NCBI GenBank assembly: GCA_038087875.1
Contig: JAXLNO010000385.1
Span: forward strand, 868,001 to 932,000
Reading direction: 5' to 3'
Length of the DNA stretch: 64,000 nt
Source of the DNA: Malacoraja senta
Lineage: Eukaryota
The first letter of the stretch is position 1, and each line of letters starts with the position of its first letter. Position numbers and translations under genes: made by a program. A model generated the notes under the pieces. The model was not told the DNA's origin. It saw only the letters and a list, made by a program, of their open reading frames with translations, and searched no databases. Below, one piece after another: positions 26,615 through 40,600 of the stretch.

Positions 26615-27591
26615 GTATTTGAAAATAAGAATGGGTGGGTTAGAATCTATCATAATGTAGTATCTTGCTGAAACTACACAACAATGTAGGCATTTAATAA
26701 ATACAAAGCCATTTTGAAATAACAGTGAAGGTTAAAAAGATCAAGTGCAGTTCCGATACGAAACGCCACCTATCCATGTTCTGCAGGGATGCTGCCTGAC
26801 CCGCTGAGTTTTATATCTATCTTAGTGCAAATCAGGTTTTGTTACTGCTGACGATAACACAACAGCACCAAGCAGCAATAAAATACATGCTTTACCAAGC
26901 TAATTGCCAAGATGAGGGAACATAAATCCTACCCATACAAGAACTTTCCTCGAGTTTAGAAAAAAATGTGACTTCATTAAAGCAAAATATTTGACAGGAT
27001 AAATAATAATAATAATAATAATCATTTTATTTACTGACGCCTTTCTAAAACCCAAGGACACCTTACAAGGCATAGAATCACAAAAATACAAAACACATTA
27101 TCGGAATAAATTAAATATAAAAACACCACAGTACACAAATCAAGGACAGAATTCAATTTCAAAAGCACAAAAAGAAAATAAGAAACACAATTTGAGGAGA
27201 GATGGATGCAGAACATTTCTCCTGGCTGCCATGTCGGGGGTTGGAACTGTAATTGGGTCAATATCTTTCATTTAAACCTTGAAATGCTTGTGCACAGATG
27301 TGTGGGTATTTGGTCATTACGCAGATGCAAGGAAGAGTCTGGCAGATTTCTGGGCACTAAAGGCATCAGTGATATAGGTAAATGGAGTTGAGGTAAATTA
27401 GCCACATTCTTACTGTGGTCGTACATAACACATTAAATAATGTATTATTTCTTACATTCAACAGTGAATGATTTGATGACCTTGCCAAGTAGGTGGAATA
27501 TGTTATTACTAATCAGCAACTCTTGTACAAGCAAATCTAATGATTCAAAAATGGTAATGAAATTAAAAATAAACTTAAATGTCAAACTTCC

Positions 27592-27663
27592 TTATGATAT
27601 GTTGGAACAACATCGCAGAACAAGTGGACCATGTTTCTAACAGTGTGGAACAACTGCACAGCA
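27592..27663 (-). pseudogene. ZW10: ZW10 exon 11 (72 bp), donor GT>GG
   Basis: ttcag|[26 protein letters not shown]|ggaagt. Confidence 0.9.
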
Positions 27664-29442
27664 CTGAAAAAGCAAATAAAGTATAAATCAGCTGCTGAAA
27701 GATACAATTGAAAAGGTTATTGAAACAGTGCACTGGCTGCCGTAATCATCCTGGTATTTCTTTGAGTGAACAACAATGAAGAGTGAGCTTGAGCCTGGCT
27801 GCTTAGTCAGAGCCCAAGTCTGACCATGCCAAGGTTCAGGTTGGTTCTCATAAAAATCCTCAACAGGTCAGATTTCACTCAGCCAGAACTTCAAACAAAA
27901 TCACTTCATTGTTCGGTTACAGAAAATTTACAACATAAACGGCCATTTAGCCCATCATGTGTAGGATAGTCAAACAAAACTAATCCAAACTAATCACATC
28001 TTCCAGTAGCCTTGCTGATCATTGTTCAAGAACTATAAAGATCAAATAGTGCAACTATGAATATTTACCTACTTCTCAGAGCAAGCCCCAGACATCGACG
28101 AATCTCTGGGTGACAATTTTCTGCACCACCCCTTTAATCCATAGTTTAAAATCAATGTTCTGACTTCTGCCGAGGGAAACACACCCTTCCTGAGATACTT
28201 GTGGAGGCCACATTATTGGGTTATGTTTTTTGATATTATAAAAAGCAGTTATTTTACATTTTCACCCCGACAACAAAATGGTATGGAATAATCATAATAT
28301 CAGGGTTGTATTATGTAGGAGTGACATCAGAACATACTATTCTGCCAAAGAGAGTAACAAAAAACTGAACTTTTCCCCAGGAAGCCATGAGTTTGGAGCT
28401 CAGTTGAAATATTAAAATGTAAGATTAAGTAATCAGATGTTTTGCTAACCAGTCAGTTCCTTCTCATACATTTGGTCCACTCCACTGTGAAATCTCCTCA
28501 AAGTATGGCTACTTTGAAGAGGTTCTCCTCCTCTCTCCAACAAGAGTTCTGCATTTCTCTACATCACTGTCTATCTCTCTTGTTTCCCTTTCCCACGACT
28601 AGTCTGAAGAAGGTGGTCTCGACCTGAAACGTCACCCACCCTTCTCTCCAGAGATACTGCCTGTCCCGCTGAGTTACTCCAGCATTTTGTGTCTATCAAA
28701 AATTGGGAAAAGGATTTGAAATGCAGAGCATGTGTGACCTAACAAAATGCTGGAACATCCTTGAGAATCTCTACTTGTCTTTCTGAACCACAGGTTTAAG
28801 ACTCGAAACAAAGATACTTTCACTAGTACCATTTACCAAGGCCATGAATGGTTAATAATAATTAATCTCTCCTTTGAAGTGACATTAACTAGTTTAATTG
28901 AATTAATATCGCAAACCTCTTTGGTGCCATTTTGTCATCCCCTTTTATTTTGTTCTCCGTCAAATATTCATCCACTCTCCATTTTAAATAGCTTTGTGTG
29001 ATTCATGAACAAGAATAGATCCCTGTTTACTTCACCCATTTGCAGTCTATGCATTTGGAGAATCTGCCTTTTGATTTCTCTTCACGATGTGTATGACCTC
29101 ACAGGTCGCGGGGTGACGCCTGTATGGCCATGAGTAGTCGCCCAAAGAGTCATACCTTTTTCAGGTCGCCGCTGGATTTTCAACACGTTGAACATTTTCG
29201 GCCACCTGCTGAGACTATGACGGGTGACAGCAGTCACCGAAAATAATCGTGTAAGTGGTACAGGCCCTTTACATACTGTTGCTGCCTGCAGGTCAGTAAT
29301 CCTATTGCCGATGAGCCAGATGTACATTTATGTTTTTATTAATGCACCTTTATTTGAACGTAACCAGGGAATGGTAATGGGCAACAAAAGAGCTCCATTC
29401 ACTGCAGAATCTATTATGCAACAAAACATAGAATTTTACTTC

Positions 29443-29533
29443 TGAAGAAGGGTTTCGGCCCGAAACGTTACCTATTTCCTTCGCTCCATAGATGCTGCTG
29501 CACCCGCTGAGTTTCTCCAGCATTTTTGTGTAC
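29443..29533 (+). mobile_element. Short Penelope-pLTR-derived insert with hammerhead motif, 16-bp TSD
   Basis: CATAGAATTTTACTTC duplicated at 29427-29442 and 29534-29549; CTGAAGA..GAAAC core. Confidence 0.75.
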
Positions 29534-29540
29534 CATAGAA

Positions 29541-32500
29541 TTTTACTTCGGTGTCACGTGAGTCACTACGTGAAGAACCCCGCCAGTGCGCCTGCACGTC
29601 ATTACGTCAGACGCCTCGACGCAAACGGACGTGAGGAGCAGAGCTCCTCCAGTGGTTTGTAGTTTTTCAACTACAAGGTAAGTAAAAACTTTTTTCATGT
29701 TTTCCAGGTCCGTTTACCGTGGGTCTATGGGGATTTTTTCCACAGACGCCATGGGAAAAAACGGACAGGGGGAAGTGGTGAGCGACACAGCCGACAGAAA
29801 GTCGGGAATGTCGGGAGTCCGCGGTTAGAGACCAACTGCCTCTAAACCCCGGTACAGTCGCCAGCGGTGAGCATAGCGACTGTGGACCTGGGGCTGGTGA
29901 AAACACAGTCAGCGCCTGTCGGGCAAAAGACGAAGTTTAAATCCCAACGGCCCACGGAGGGAGTCCCAGGCAATGGAAGTAGCTCCAGGGCTAGATACTG
30001 CTTTCAAGCGTATTGGCCAAATAGAAAGCCTTTTATATAGGCTGTTGGAGCAAAGTTCGCTCAGGGAGGAGTGTACTGAAAGCCAAGCTGCTGGAAGCAG
30101 CTCAAACAGCTCCTGGTACAGGGCTAGATACTGCTTTCGAGCGTATTGCCCAAATAGAAAGCCTTTTACATAGGCTGTTGGAGCAAAGTTCACTCAGGGA
30201 GGAGTGTACTGAAAGCCAAGCTGCTGGAAGCAGCTCAAACAGCTCCTGGTACAGGGCTAGATACTGCTTTCGAGCGTATTGCCCAAATAGAAAGCCTTTT
30301 ACATAGGCTGTTGGAGCAAAGTTCACTCAGGAAGGAGTGTACTGAAATCCAAGCTGCTGGAAGCAGCTTAACAGCACCTGGCTCAGGGCTGATGGAATGC
30401 ACCCTCAGGGATGAGGAGCGTGCTACGGGTCATGAGATTTCAGACCCGACTCTGACGGTGAGGCTGTACAAGGCGATGAACGGCAGCTGCCAGATGTTCC
30501 ACCCCTGGCAGTAGGATTCGCTGCCCCGTCAGGGTCAGGAGAGCCATTAGGAGAAGAACTGGCCTCCTTAATAATTTACTTGGTTTACCATCAGCTGGAA
30601 CAGCAGGAGATGGATGAGACTGCAAGAAAGCAGGAGACCCCAAGTAACTGTGGGTTGCTGAAAGCAGAAGCAGTGAACCAAATTATCTGGAGTCAGTTGC
30701 AGAGAATATTAAAGCTGCTGGGTTCTGGAATAACTGATTTTACCAGAATAGCAGATAACAGCCAAGAGATGACGAAGTTGCATCAGGAAGCACTGGGGTT
30801 GCTATGCAGCACCCACTTCAAGATCAATTATCTGAGGAAGGTGCTATACGGCCTACTATGAATCCGAAATTCGCAGCACTCTGCAAACCAAGTAATATAC
30901 AATTACCCAACTTACTCTTTGGAGAGGATCTCGGGAGACGTATTAAAGAGATGGAAGATGAAGCGAAAACAGGATTGATAAAAACATCAATGGTTACAAA
31001 GTCAGTAAAGAGGAAGTATCCTTTCAGACGTCATACGGATCCTAGACCAGGACCAAGTCGCTCATCAATGCAGGGACGTAGCTGGCGGCCTGCAGCGGGA
31101 GTGGTGGTGCTTCCGGGAAAATCCAGGGATCTCAGAATACTCAAATGACTTAAGAGGTAGGTGGACCTGGTTCTCATGGGAACATACTAACTGGATTAAG
31201 TCCAAAAGTTGGAGGCAGATTACGTCTCTTCTATAAGCATTGGAAGAAGATTACTTCAGTAATTCTGAATAATATACAAGGATTTCGAATTGAATTCAAT
31301 CCAAATAATGATTTGCCTGTCCAGCATGTTCCTAGCAGAACTCTCCACTTTGCGAAGGAATGGAGGTTCAAGCTGCGCTTCAAAAACCTACATATAAAAG
31401 GTGTTTTTGAAGAATCAGTCTACCAAATTCACCAATTTGGGTCAAATATATTCCCTCGATCAAAAAAGGATGGAGGATGTAGGATGATTATAGACTTGAC
31501 AAGTCTGAATCCTTTTGTTCAGTGTCTGTTCACTTGCAAGATATGAAGTATCTTAAATATTAAATGGATGAACCAATTAGGGCAGTTCAAAGCTCTGCCT
31601 AATGGGTTAACGTTCGCTCCCAGAATATTCATAAAATTGTTAAAATCAATTCTGGTGTTGCTGAGAGCCAGGTGCATGTATTAATGGCATAACTGGATGA
31701 TGTCCTGATTATAGGAAGGACAATACAGTCAACAGAAGCATCAGTTGCAGTTATGAAATCAAACTTTTGAAAGTTTGGGGGTTTCTAAATTCATCCAAAG
31801 AAATCAAGGTTAAAAATATGTACCTCAATTGATTATTTGGGGTTCACAATTGATTCAGCCCAAATGCAAATTACTTTGCCCAGTGAAAAAAGGGTGGAGT
31901 TGATTAAAGATTGCAGTAATCTGTTAAACGAGCAAAAACCTCTAATCAGACAGGTGGCTCGAGTACTGGGAAAAGTCAGTAGATTCCCAGCAGTCCAGTA
32001 TGGATCATTACATTATCAACAGCTGCAGAGAAGAACAGGCACTGAGAATAAATGCTGCTCATTTTGATAGAACCATGCGAGTAACAACAAATGCTGTTTC
32101 TAATCTGCAGTGGTGGATTCTACATGTCTCAAGCAGTTCAGGCAAAGTGCTGATTGAACAACCTTCCATGATATTACAAACTGATGCCAGTGCACTAGGA
32201 TGGGGTGCAACTGACTTAACATCTAGCTGCGGAGGGAGATGGAATCAGGAAGAGTTATTGTTACTGCAAACATGGGGAATTACCTATTTGGAGCTTTTAG
32301 GAGGTTTCTATGGACTCCAAGCTTGTGGTTCTAACACAACTAAAAGGAAGGTTGAAGTTAAAATTAATAAACACAACAGCAGTTGCCTATATTAATGATA
32401 TGGGTGGAATTAAGTCAGTGTCATGTAAGAAAATAGTTAAATCATCTTTGGTCTTGGTGTATTGAACAGAACATTTGGATTTCAGCTATCTATCTACCAG

Positions 32501-34435
32501 GTAGAATGAACACGATAGCAGACACCAGGTCACGAAAGTTCCATGATAATAAAGAATGGATGTTGAATCAAGAGGTATACAATGATATAGTAATCAGATT
32601 TGGAATGCCCGACATCGACTTGAATCATCAGCTATCGAGATATGTCTCATGGAAACCAGATCCAGGAGCAGTGGCGATTGATGCTTTCTCGCTACATTGG
32701 GGTGGTATGTTTTCATATATATTTCCACCTTTCTTCCTCATAAGCCAATGTTTGCTTAAAATCAGGCAATATGCTGCTTCAATGGTATTGGTAGTACCAG
32801 ATTGGCCTACACGGCCATGGTATCCGTTGATATTAGAATTAACAACACAAATGTTGATGAAAGTCCCAAAAAGAAGTAATTTATTGCTGCACCCTGTAAC
32901 AGGGTAACAACATCCATTATATGATTGTTTGGATTTGTTGATTTGCAGGTTTTAAGAATGCCTTTTCTGGGACGAGCACTGTCTGAGCGTACTGTGGACA
33001 TGCTTACGGCAGCCTGGAGGAAGAGCACTCAAAAACAGTACCTGTCTTATATTGAGAAATGGGAAGAGTTCTGTGTACAAAAGAATGTGCAATAAAGTAG
33101 TGCAGATATTTCAAATGTTTAGAATTTCTGTCAAAACTTTATTATGATGAAGGTCTGAGTTGTAGTGCAATTAATTCAGCCAGAAGTGCATTGTCCTCAT
33201 ATTTGGTTCTGGAGTCAGAAAGAAACCCAATTGGGTTACACCCAATTGTTTCCAGACTAATGAAAGGAATCTTTAATTCCAAACCACCGAAACCTAGGTA
33301 CATGACAATCTGGGATGTAAGTGTGGTACTGAAACTACTTCGTGAATGGTCATCAAGTGTGTCTTTACCTTTGGCTAAGCTCAGTATGAAAGTATTAATG
33401 CTTATGGCATGAGTGACAGCACAACGAGTGCAAACACTTGGAAAATTACAAATAGACAGTATGGAAGTAACTGAAGATAAGGTTACATTCTATATCTATG
33501 ACCTACTAAATGAAATTAGGACAGGTGTGACAGGATTTAAAATTATACTAGCAGTATATCCAAATGATCCTTGTCTCTGTATTAAGACATATTTGTTACA
33601 ATACATTGAGGTCACAAAGAATTTGAGAAATACGGAAACTGGGTTGTTGATCACACACAATAAACCATACAAGAGAGTTTCAATACAGACTATTTCCAGA
33701 TGGATAAAAGAAGTCTTAACAGCTGCTGATATTAACACTTATGTTTTTACGTCTCACTCGCCTAGGGCAGCAGAAACGTCGGCGGACAGGGCAAAAGACG
33801 TCCCCGTCGACCATATCCTCGCAGCCGCCGGGTGGTCCAATGAGTTGATGTTTCAACATTTTTACCATCCGCCTATTGTTAATGCGGGATTGTTTGCAGA
33901 AACTATTTTAAGTTCTGTGTAAATTCCTCTGGTTTTAAGGGGATCTGATTAATTTCATTATTGAAATGAATTACTGCATTTGTGGTACAAATGTTATTAT
34001 GAATGCATGATTGATTATTTCTCGTTCCGAGTCAAGCAATGCAGTGAGAAGCCGGGATTGATCCACGGCATGAAATCACAAAGCTTTAAAATCTTCACGT
34101 AGTCACTCACGTGACTCCGAAGTAAAATAGTAAGATTAAACGAGAACTTACCTAAGTTTGAAGTTTGATCTTTATTTTATGAGGAGTTACGTAGGTGATT
34201 ACGTGCCCACCACGACCCTACCCGCTATCATAAAGGTCAGATGGAAGTTCTTGTATTACTCATTTTATTATGAGAGTATATTACTTCGGTTGTTGTTTTT
34301 TGTGATTTCACACCGCTGCTTTGAAGATTGACGCGCAGGCGCACTGGCGGGGTTCTTCACGTAATCACCTACGTAACTCCTCATAAAATAAAGATCAAAC
34401 TTCAAACTTAGGTAAGTTCTCGTTTAATCTTACTA
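29541..34435 (+). mobile_element. DIRS retrotransposon, family A copy 2
   Basis: Starts TTTTACTTCGG and ends AATCTTACTA; ICR ~34094-34205; fragmented gag/RT/RH/MT/YR ORFs; ~100-bp RT deletion near 31520. Confidence 0.95.
29988..30370 (+). repeat. 133-bp tandem repeat x3 in DIRS-A gag (x2 in copies 1 and 3)
   Basis: GGGCTAGATACTGC at 29988, 30121 and 30254. Confidence 0.9.
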
Positions 34436-34443
34436 TTACTTGC

Positions 34444-34682
34444 CATTCAGGTAAAGCACTTGCAGCCTCTAAAAGTGTCTGATAAACCAGTTCCATCAGT
34501 TTCTGGACAGATTCACTGATGTGGCAGGTAGGCAGACACATTGGTTGACTGCAGAGTTGCTTCCCGCTCTCCAGGTTCACCTTTTCGCTCGGAACAAGGT
34601 TGGAAGTCATGGGCACTTTTAGTTGACTGACTGCTCCTCGACTGGGAAGCATTGGAATGGAGATCTTGGAATCTACTGTAAT
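34444..34682 (-). pseudogene. ZW10: ZW10 exon 10 (239 bp), GC donor
   Basis: ITVDSKISIP...LPTCHISESVQKLMELVYQTLLEA; TG|gcaagt. Confidence 0.92.
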
Positions 34683-36235
34683 CTGAAGGGACAGCAAGCA
34701 GTTAGCAGATTTATTAAAAATCTTTTCACAAAATTTGTACCAAATTAAAACTTAGTTACAAATTAAAATGTAGGCAAGCAAAAACTGGAACCACGAGGGC
34801 AAATCCACAGGACAAAGTACTTGATTCAGTCAAATTTCTCACAGTTGGGAACTTCCTGGTGGATCCATAAATTGTTCCCAAGAGGCTCAAATTAATTTGT
34901 AAATTTCCGTTATAGAACATTTGGCATCTATTAACATACGCTATTCTAAAGTAATAACAACATTATTAATAGTCCATTCTGCCCCTCAGGTCTGGAAGAG
35001 CCTCCTTTCAGCCTAACTGATCTCTTTATACATCCACTTCTCTCTTTACACGGTGCATTTGCTTTGTCTTTACAACACAAGGACATTCACAAATAAGGAT
35101 AGAACATTCGCAAAAGGATCAAGCATGCCGCAGTTGTCCACAAATTACTAACTTAGATCCTGCACATAATTACACAACAAATATTACTTGCCAAGTTTGG
35201 TTTAGTTAAATGTGAGCCTCTTGTTTGTTTATCTCTATTTAGAATTAATTGCGATGTATTACAGCAGGAGAATGTGGGGAACAACATCACACATGTTGCA
35301 CAATATACACTGAAATTATGGAAAGGTCCACATGGACAAATACGTTAGCCGTAAACCTAGTTTTCGGAAGTAGTATTTGGATTATGCTGCATTAGTGCAA
35401 TAAAAAGAGAAATTAGCAATAGCATACAAGATTAAAAAGTGTAGTCAAATTTTAAAGCTTCACCTATCTTCATTGTCTAGCGACAGATATTAAGGCTGTA
35501 GAACGTACTGCAGAATAGAGTTTGCCCAAGTAAATTGGTGTTTATTAAATTAGCTGCACCACTTCAAGCATTTTCTAACATTTGAATCATTAACTCAGTT
35601 AAGCCAAAACCTACACTGTAGGAATACAAATACTGAATCAAACAAAATCACAAACTCTCTCGTGGAAGTATCGTCAATGATCCTTGCCACCCTGGCCATT
35701 CCCTTTTCTTTTGTCTATTTTCTGTGAGAAAAGACCGCAACTTAAAAGCCTGGACTTCCAGACTTAAGAACTGCTTCTTTCCCAATGCCACCAGAATCCT
35801 AAACCAATCAGCTGGTACATGGATAGGAAAGCGGAATGATAGGAAAGGTTTGGAGAGATATAGGGGCCAAACATGGGCAGGTGGGACATGGGGCATCCAG
35901 GCCAGCATGGGAAGTTGGCCCAAAGGGCCAGTTGCCATGCTGTATGACAATGACCACTTTCGCACCACCTTCCAGGAGGTGCTTCTACATATTCTTAACT
36001 CTACCACATTTGATTATTCCAGTACTGTATTTTAATTTTTTATCACTACTTTGGATTGCACTACAAACTTGCACCATTCTACCATCTTGCATTCATATTC
36101 ATGAATCATTACTGTATGAATAATGTTCATCTGTGAACAAGGAATTTCTTTGCACCCTCACCCTGGTGTATATGACAATAAACAGATCTGATCACTCCCA
36201 CGTGTGCTGGGGCTGCGCAAGCATTGCTAATTCAC

Positions 36236-36418
36236 CTTGACAGTGTTGTGGACCTCAGATGTCATCAGGTTCCTGCCAGTCACGAGCACATCTTGACATT
36301 TCTTACTGGCAAAATGAACATTAACATTTCTTGCATATTTCAATAGGTCTGTGGATTGGCTCTGCAAAAACTGCATCTTTTTGATTTTTTCCTCAAATCT
36401 ATCTGTTGCTTTTATCAC
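36236..36418 (-). pseudogene. ZW10: ZW10 exon 9 (183 bp)
   Basis: ccag|[61 protein letters not shown]|gtgaat. Confidence 0.95.
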
Positions 36419-37486
36419 CTGGAAGGGAAAACCAAAAACGGAATGTGTAAGAAGGAACTGCAGATGCTGGACTGAAGAAGGGTCTCGACTCGAAACGTCA
36501 CCCATTCCTTCTCTCCAGAGATGCTTCCTGTCCTAGCTGAGTTACTTTAGCTTTTTGTGTCCATCTTCACCAAAAACAGAATGTCAGTTTTGATCTGCAT
36601 AACACGATTCTCTTCCTCATTTGCAGCCCTGCTAACAATCACCATTCAATCACAAACTCATTTTTGGTAAGAAATGGCAATGGAAAGCAAGAGTGCATGA
36701 TAAGTGACAGAGCCGTCACTCAATCTAATCTAGCATGCACAACCCTGGTCGATTATTTTACCAATTTTATACAAACTCCACTATCCCCAATTCAGCTTTT
36801 GATCAATCCTTCCTATTTTGTCTAACAGCCTTATAATCTTGTACACCCCAAGTAATTTCCTCCTGCCTCAAGAAGAAATTAACCCCATCATGGATAACCT
36901 TTCCTCACTGGGCATCTTTTGAATAGACCTGGAAACAACCATGTAAAAATTCCACTGTAAGCTCTCCAGTGCAATGACATATTTCCTGCCATGTAATAAT
37001 CAGAGCCATGACATGGCTTACAAACTGCATCCTGAACAGTGCTGCATGAAGCTCCATCATCACCACTCTGTTATTATATTGTATGCTTCAGGGAGTATAG
37101 GCCTTTCTAAAGTCACCTTTTTCATCTATTCTGGTGCTTTTTAAGGATAGTTGAGCAGGCATCCTGAGGTTCCTCTTCTTCAGCACCTGACCCATGATGT
37201 ACTATTTTCTTTATGCACCGGACTCTCTGGATTAAGTTACATTTTACAACCCAACAGTCCAATTCATCTGTTTGCGCCTGCAATCTTAAGCCATCTTCCA
37301 AACCGTCAATCACTATCACAATTTTGTGACAGAAAATGCTATAGAAACTTGTTCTACGAGTATACAATTACATTTAAAAGTTAACAATGAAAACTGAATG
37401 CCAATTAGGAATGTTGAATGGAAAATACACCTGGTTTGGTAATTAAAGTTCTCGTTCACACACACATTATTGTAAAGTGTCCATAC

Positions 37487-37650
37487 CTCTTCATACAGCT
37501 CTAACTGGCTGCAATTTGTTGGTACACAAAATACCAAACAGTTCTTAATAATGATTTCTGATAATTCCTCCCAGATCATGCCTCCCAGCAACTCTGCTAG
37601 ATTTATATCCTGGTTTTTATTAGGATCCACAGAGACCCAGAGCGGAATAT
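37487..37650 (-). pseudogene. ZW10: ZW10 exon 8 (164 bp)
   Basis: gtag|..LAELLGGMIWEELSEIIIKNCLVFCVPTNCSQLELYEE|gtatgg. Confidence 0.93.
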
Positions 37651-37677
37651 CTACCATAACACCAAAAAGAAAGACAA

Positions 37678-40600
37678 TTTTACTTCGGAGTCACGTGAGT
37701 GACTACGTGAAGAAGCCCGTCAGTGCGCCTGCGCGTCATTACGTCAGACGCCTTGACGCAAACGGACGTGAGGAGCAGTGCTCCTCGAGTGGTTTGTAGT
37801 TTTTCAACTACAAGGTAAGTAAAAACATTTTACAGGTTTTCCAGGTCCGTTTACTGTGGGTCTATGGCGATTTTTTCCACAGACGCCATGGGAAAAAACG
37901 GACAGGGGGAAGAGGCGAGCGACATAGCCGACAGAAGTCGGGAAAGTCGGGAGTCCGCGGTTAGAGACCAACCGCCTCTAAACCCCGGTACAGTCGCCAG
38001 CGGTGAGCATAGCGACTGTGGACCTGGGGCTGGTGAAAACACAGTCAGTGCCTGTCGGGCAAAAGACAAAGTTTAAATCCCAACGGAGGGAGTCCCAGGC
38101 AATGAAGAAGCTCCAGGGCTAGATACTGCTTTAGAGCGTATTGCCCAAATAGAAAGCCTTTTACACAGGCTGTTGGAGCAACGTTCACTCAGTGAGGAGT
38201 GTTCTGAAAGCCAAGCTGCTGGAAACAGCTCAAACAGCTCCTGGTACAGGGCTAGATACTGCTTTCGAGCGTATTGCCCAAATAGAAACCTTTTTTCATA
38301 GGTTGTTGGAGCAAAAGTTCACTCAGGAAGGAGTGTACTGTAATCCAAGCTGCAGGAGCAGCTTAACAGCAACTGGCTCAGGGCTGATGGAATGCACCCT
38401 CAGGAATGAGGAGCGTGCTACGGGTCATGAGATTTCAGACCCCGACTCTGACGGTGAGGCTGTACAAGGCGATGAAAGGCAGCTGCCAGATGTTCCAACT
38501 CTGGTAGTAGGATTCGCTGCCCCGTCAGGGTCAGGAGAGCCATTAGGAAGAACTGGCCTCCTTAATAAATTACTTGGTTTACCATTAGCTGGAACAGCAT
38601 AAAATGGATGAGACTGCAAGAGTATCTGGAATCAGTTGCAGAGAATATAAAAGCTGCTGGGTTCTGGAATAACTGCTTTTACCAGAATAGCAGGTAACAA
38701 CCAAAAGATGACGAAGTTGCATCAGCAAGCACTGGGGTTGCTATGCAGCACCCACTTCGAGAAGTGCTATACGGTCTACTATGAATCCGAAATTCGCAGC
38801 ACTCTGCAAACCAAGTAATATACAAATTACCCAACTTACTCTTTGGAGAGATCTCGGGAGACGTATTAAAGAGTTGGAAGATGAAGCGAAAACAGGATTG
38901 ATGAAGACATCAATGGTTGTGAAGTCTGTAAAAAGGAAGTATCCTTTCAGACGTCATACGGATCCTGGACCAAGTCGCTCATCAACGCAGGGACGTAGTT
39001 GGCGGCCTGCAGCGGGAGCAAGAACCAGTGGGCGTGCTTCCGGGAGAACCCAGGAATCTCAGGGTACTGAAATGACTCAAGAGGTAGGTGGACCTGGTTC
39101 TCATGGGAACATACTAACTGGATTAAGTCCAAAAGTTGGAGGCAGGTTACATTTCTTCTATAATAATTGGAAGAAAATTACTTCAGATGTGGTAATCCTG
39201 AATAATATACAAGGATTTCGAATTGAATTCAATCCAAATTATGATTTGCCTGTTCAGCATGTTCCTAGCCGAACTCTGCACTTTGTACAAAAAGAAGTGA
39301 TGGAGGTTCAGGTTGCAATTGAAACCCTATATAAAAAAAGGGGTTATTGAAAAATCAGTCTACCAAAGTCACCAATTTGTGTCAAAAATATTCCCTCGAT
39401 CAAAAAAGGATGGAGGATGTAGGATTCTTGTAGATTTGATAAATCTGAATCCTTTTGTGCAATTTAGACATTTTAAAATGGAAACATTTGTGACTGCCAA
39501 ACAGCTTGTTTCAGAAGCATGTTATATGGCAACTATAGACTTGAAAGATGCATATTATTCAGTGTCCGTTCATTCACAAGATAGGAAGTATCTTAAATTT
39601 AAATGGATGAACCAGTTGTGGCAGTTCAAAGCTCTGCCTAATGGGTTAATATCTGCACTCAGAATATTCACAAAAATTGTTAAAACCAATTCTGGGCTTG
39701 CTGAGTAGCCAGGGGCATGTACTAATGGCATATTTGGATGATGTCTTGATTATAGGAAAGACAAAACAGTCAACAGAAGTATCTGTTGCAGTTGTGAAAT
39801 CAACTTTTGAAAAGTTGGGGTTTCTAGTTCATCCACAGAAATCTAGGTTAACACCATGTACCTCTATTAATTATTTAGGGTTCACAATTGATTCAGTCCA
39901 AATGAATATCACTTTGCCCAGGGAAAAGGGTGGATTTGATTAAAGATTGCAGTAATCTCCTAAACGAGCAAAAACCTTCAATTAGACAGGTGGCTCGTGT
40001 ACTGGGAAAATTAGTAACAGCATTCCCAGCAGTCCAATTTGGACCATTACATTATCAACAGCTGCAGAGACTTAAAGAACAGGCACCGAGAATGCATGTT
40101 GGTCATTTTGATAGAACCATGCAACTAACAACAAATGCTGTTTCTGGTCTGCAGTAGTGGATTCTACATGTCTCAAGCAGTTCCAGCAAAGTGCTGATTG
40201 AACAACCTTCCATGATATTACAAACTGATGCCAGTGCACCAGGATGGGGTGCAACTGACTTAACGTCTAGCTGAGGAGGCAGATGGAATCAGGAAGAGTC
40301 ATTGTTACTGCAGACATGGGGAATTAACTATTTGGAGCTTCTAGGATGTTTCTATGGGCTCCAAGCTTATTGTTCTAACACAACTAATAAGCATGTTCAA
40401 GTTCAAATTGATAACACAACAGTAGTTGTTTATATTAATGATATGGAATTAAGTCGGTGTCTTGTGACAAAATGGTTAATCAACTTTGGGCTTGGTGTAT
40501 TGAAAAGAACATTTGGATTTCAGCTATCTATCTACCAGGTAGAATGAACGATAGCAGACACCAAGTCACGAAAAGTTCCATGATAATAAAGAATGGATGT

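Noticed and set aside
28490..28700. EENLFK-like peptide as an alternative ZW10 exon 12
   Set aside because: It is part of the Penelope-derived short repeat; the real exon 12 is at 26445-26614
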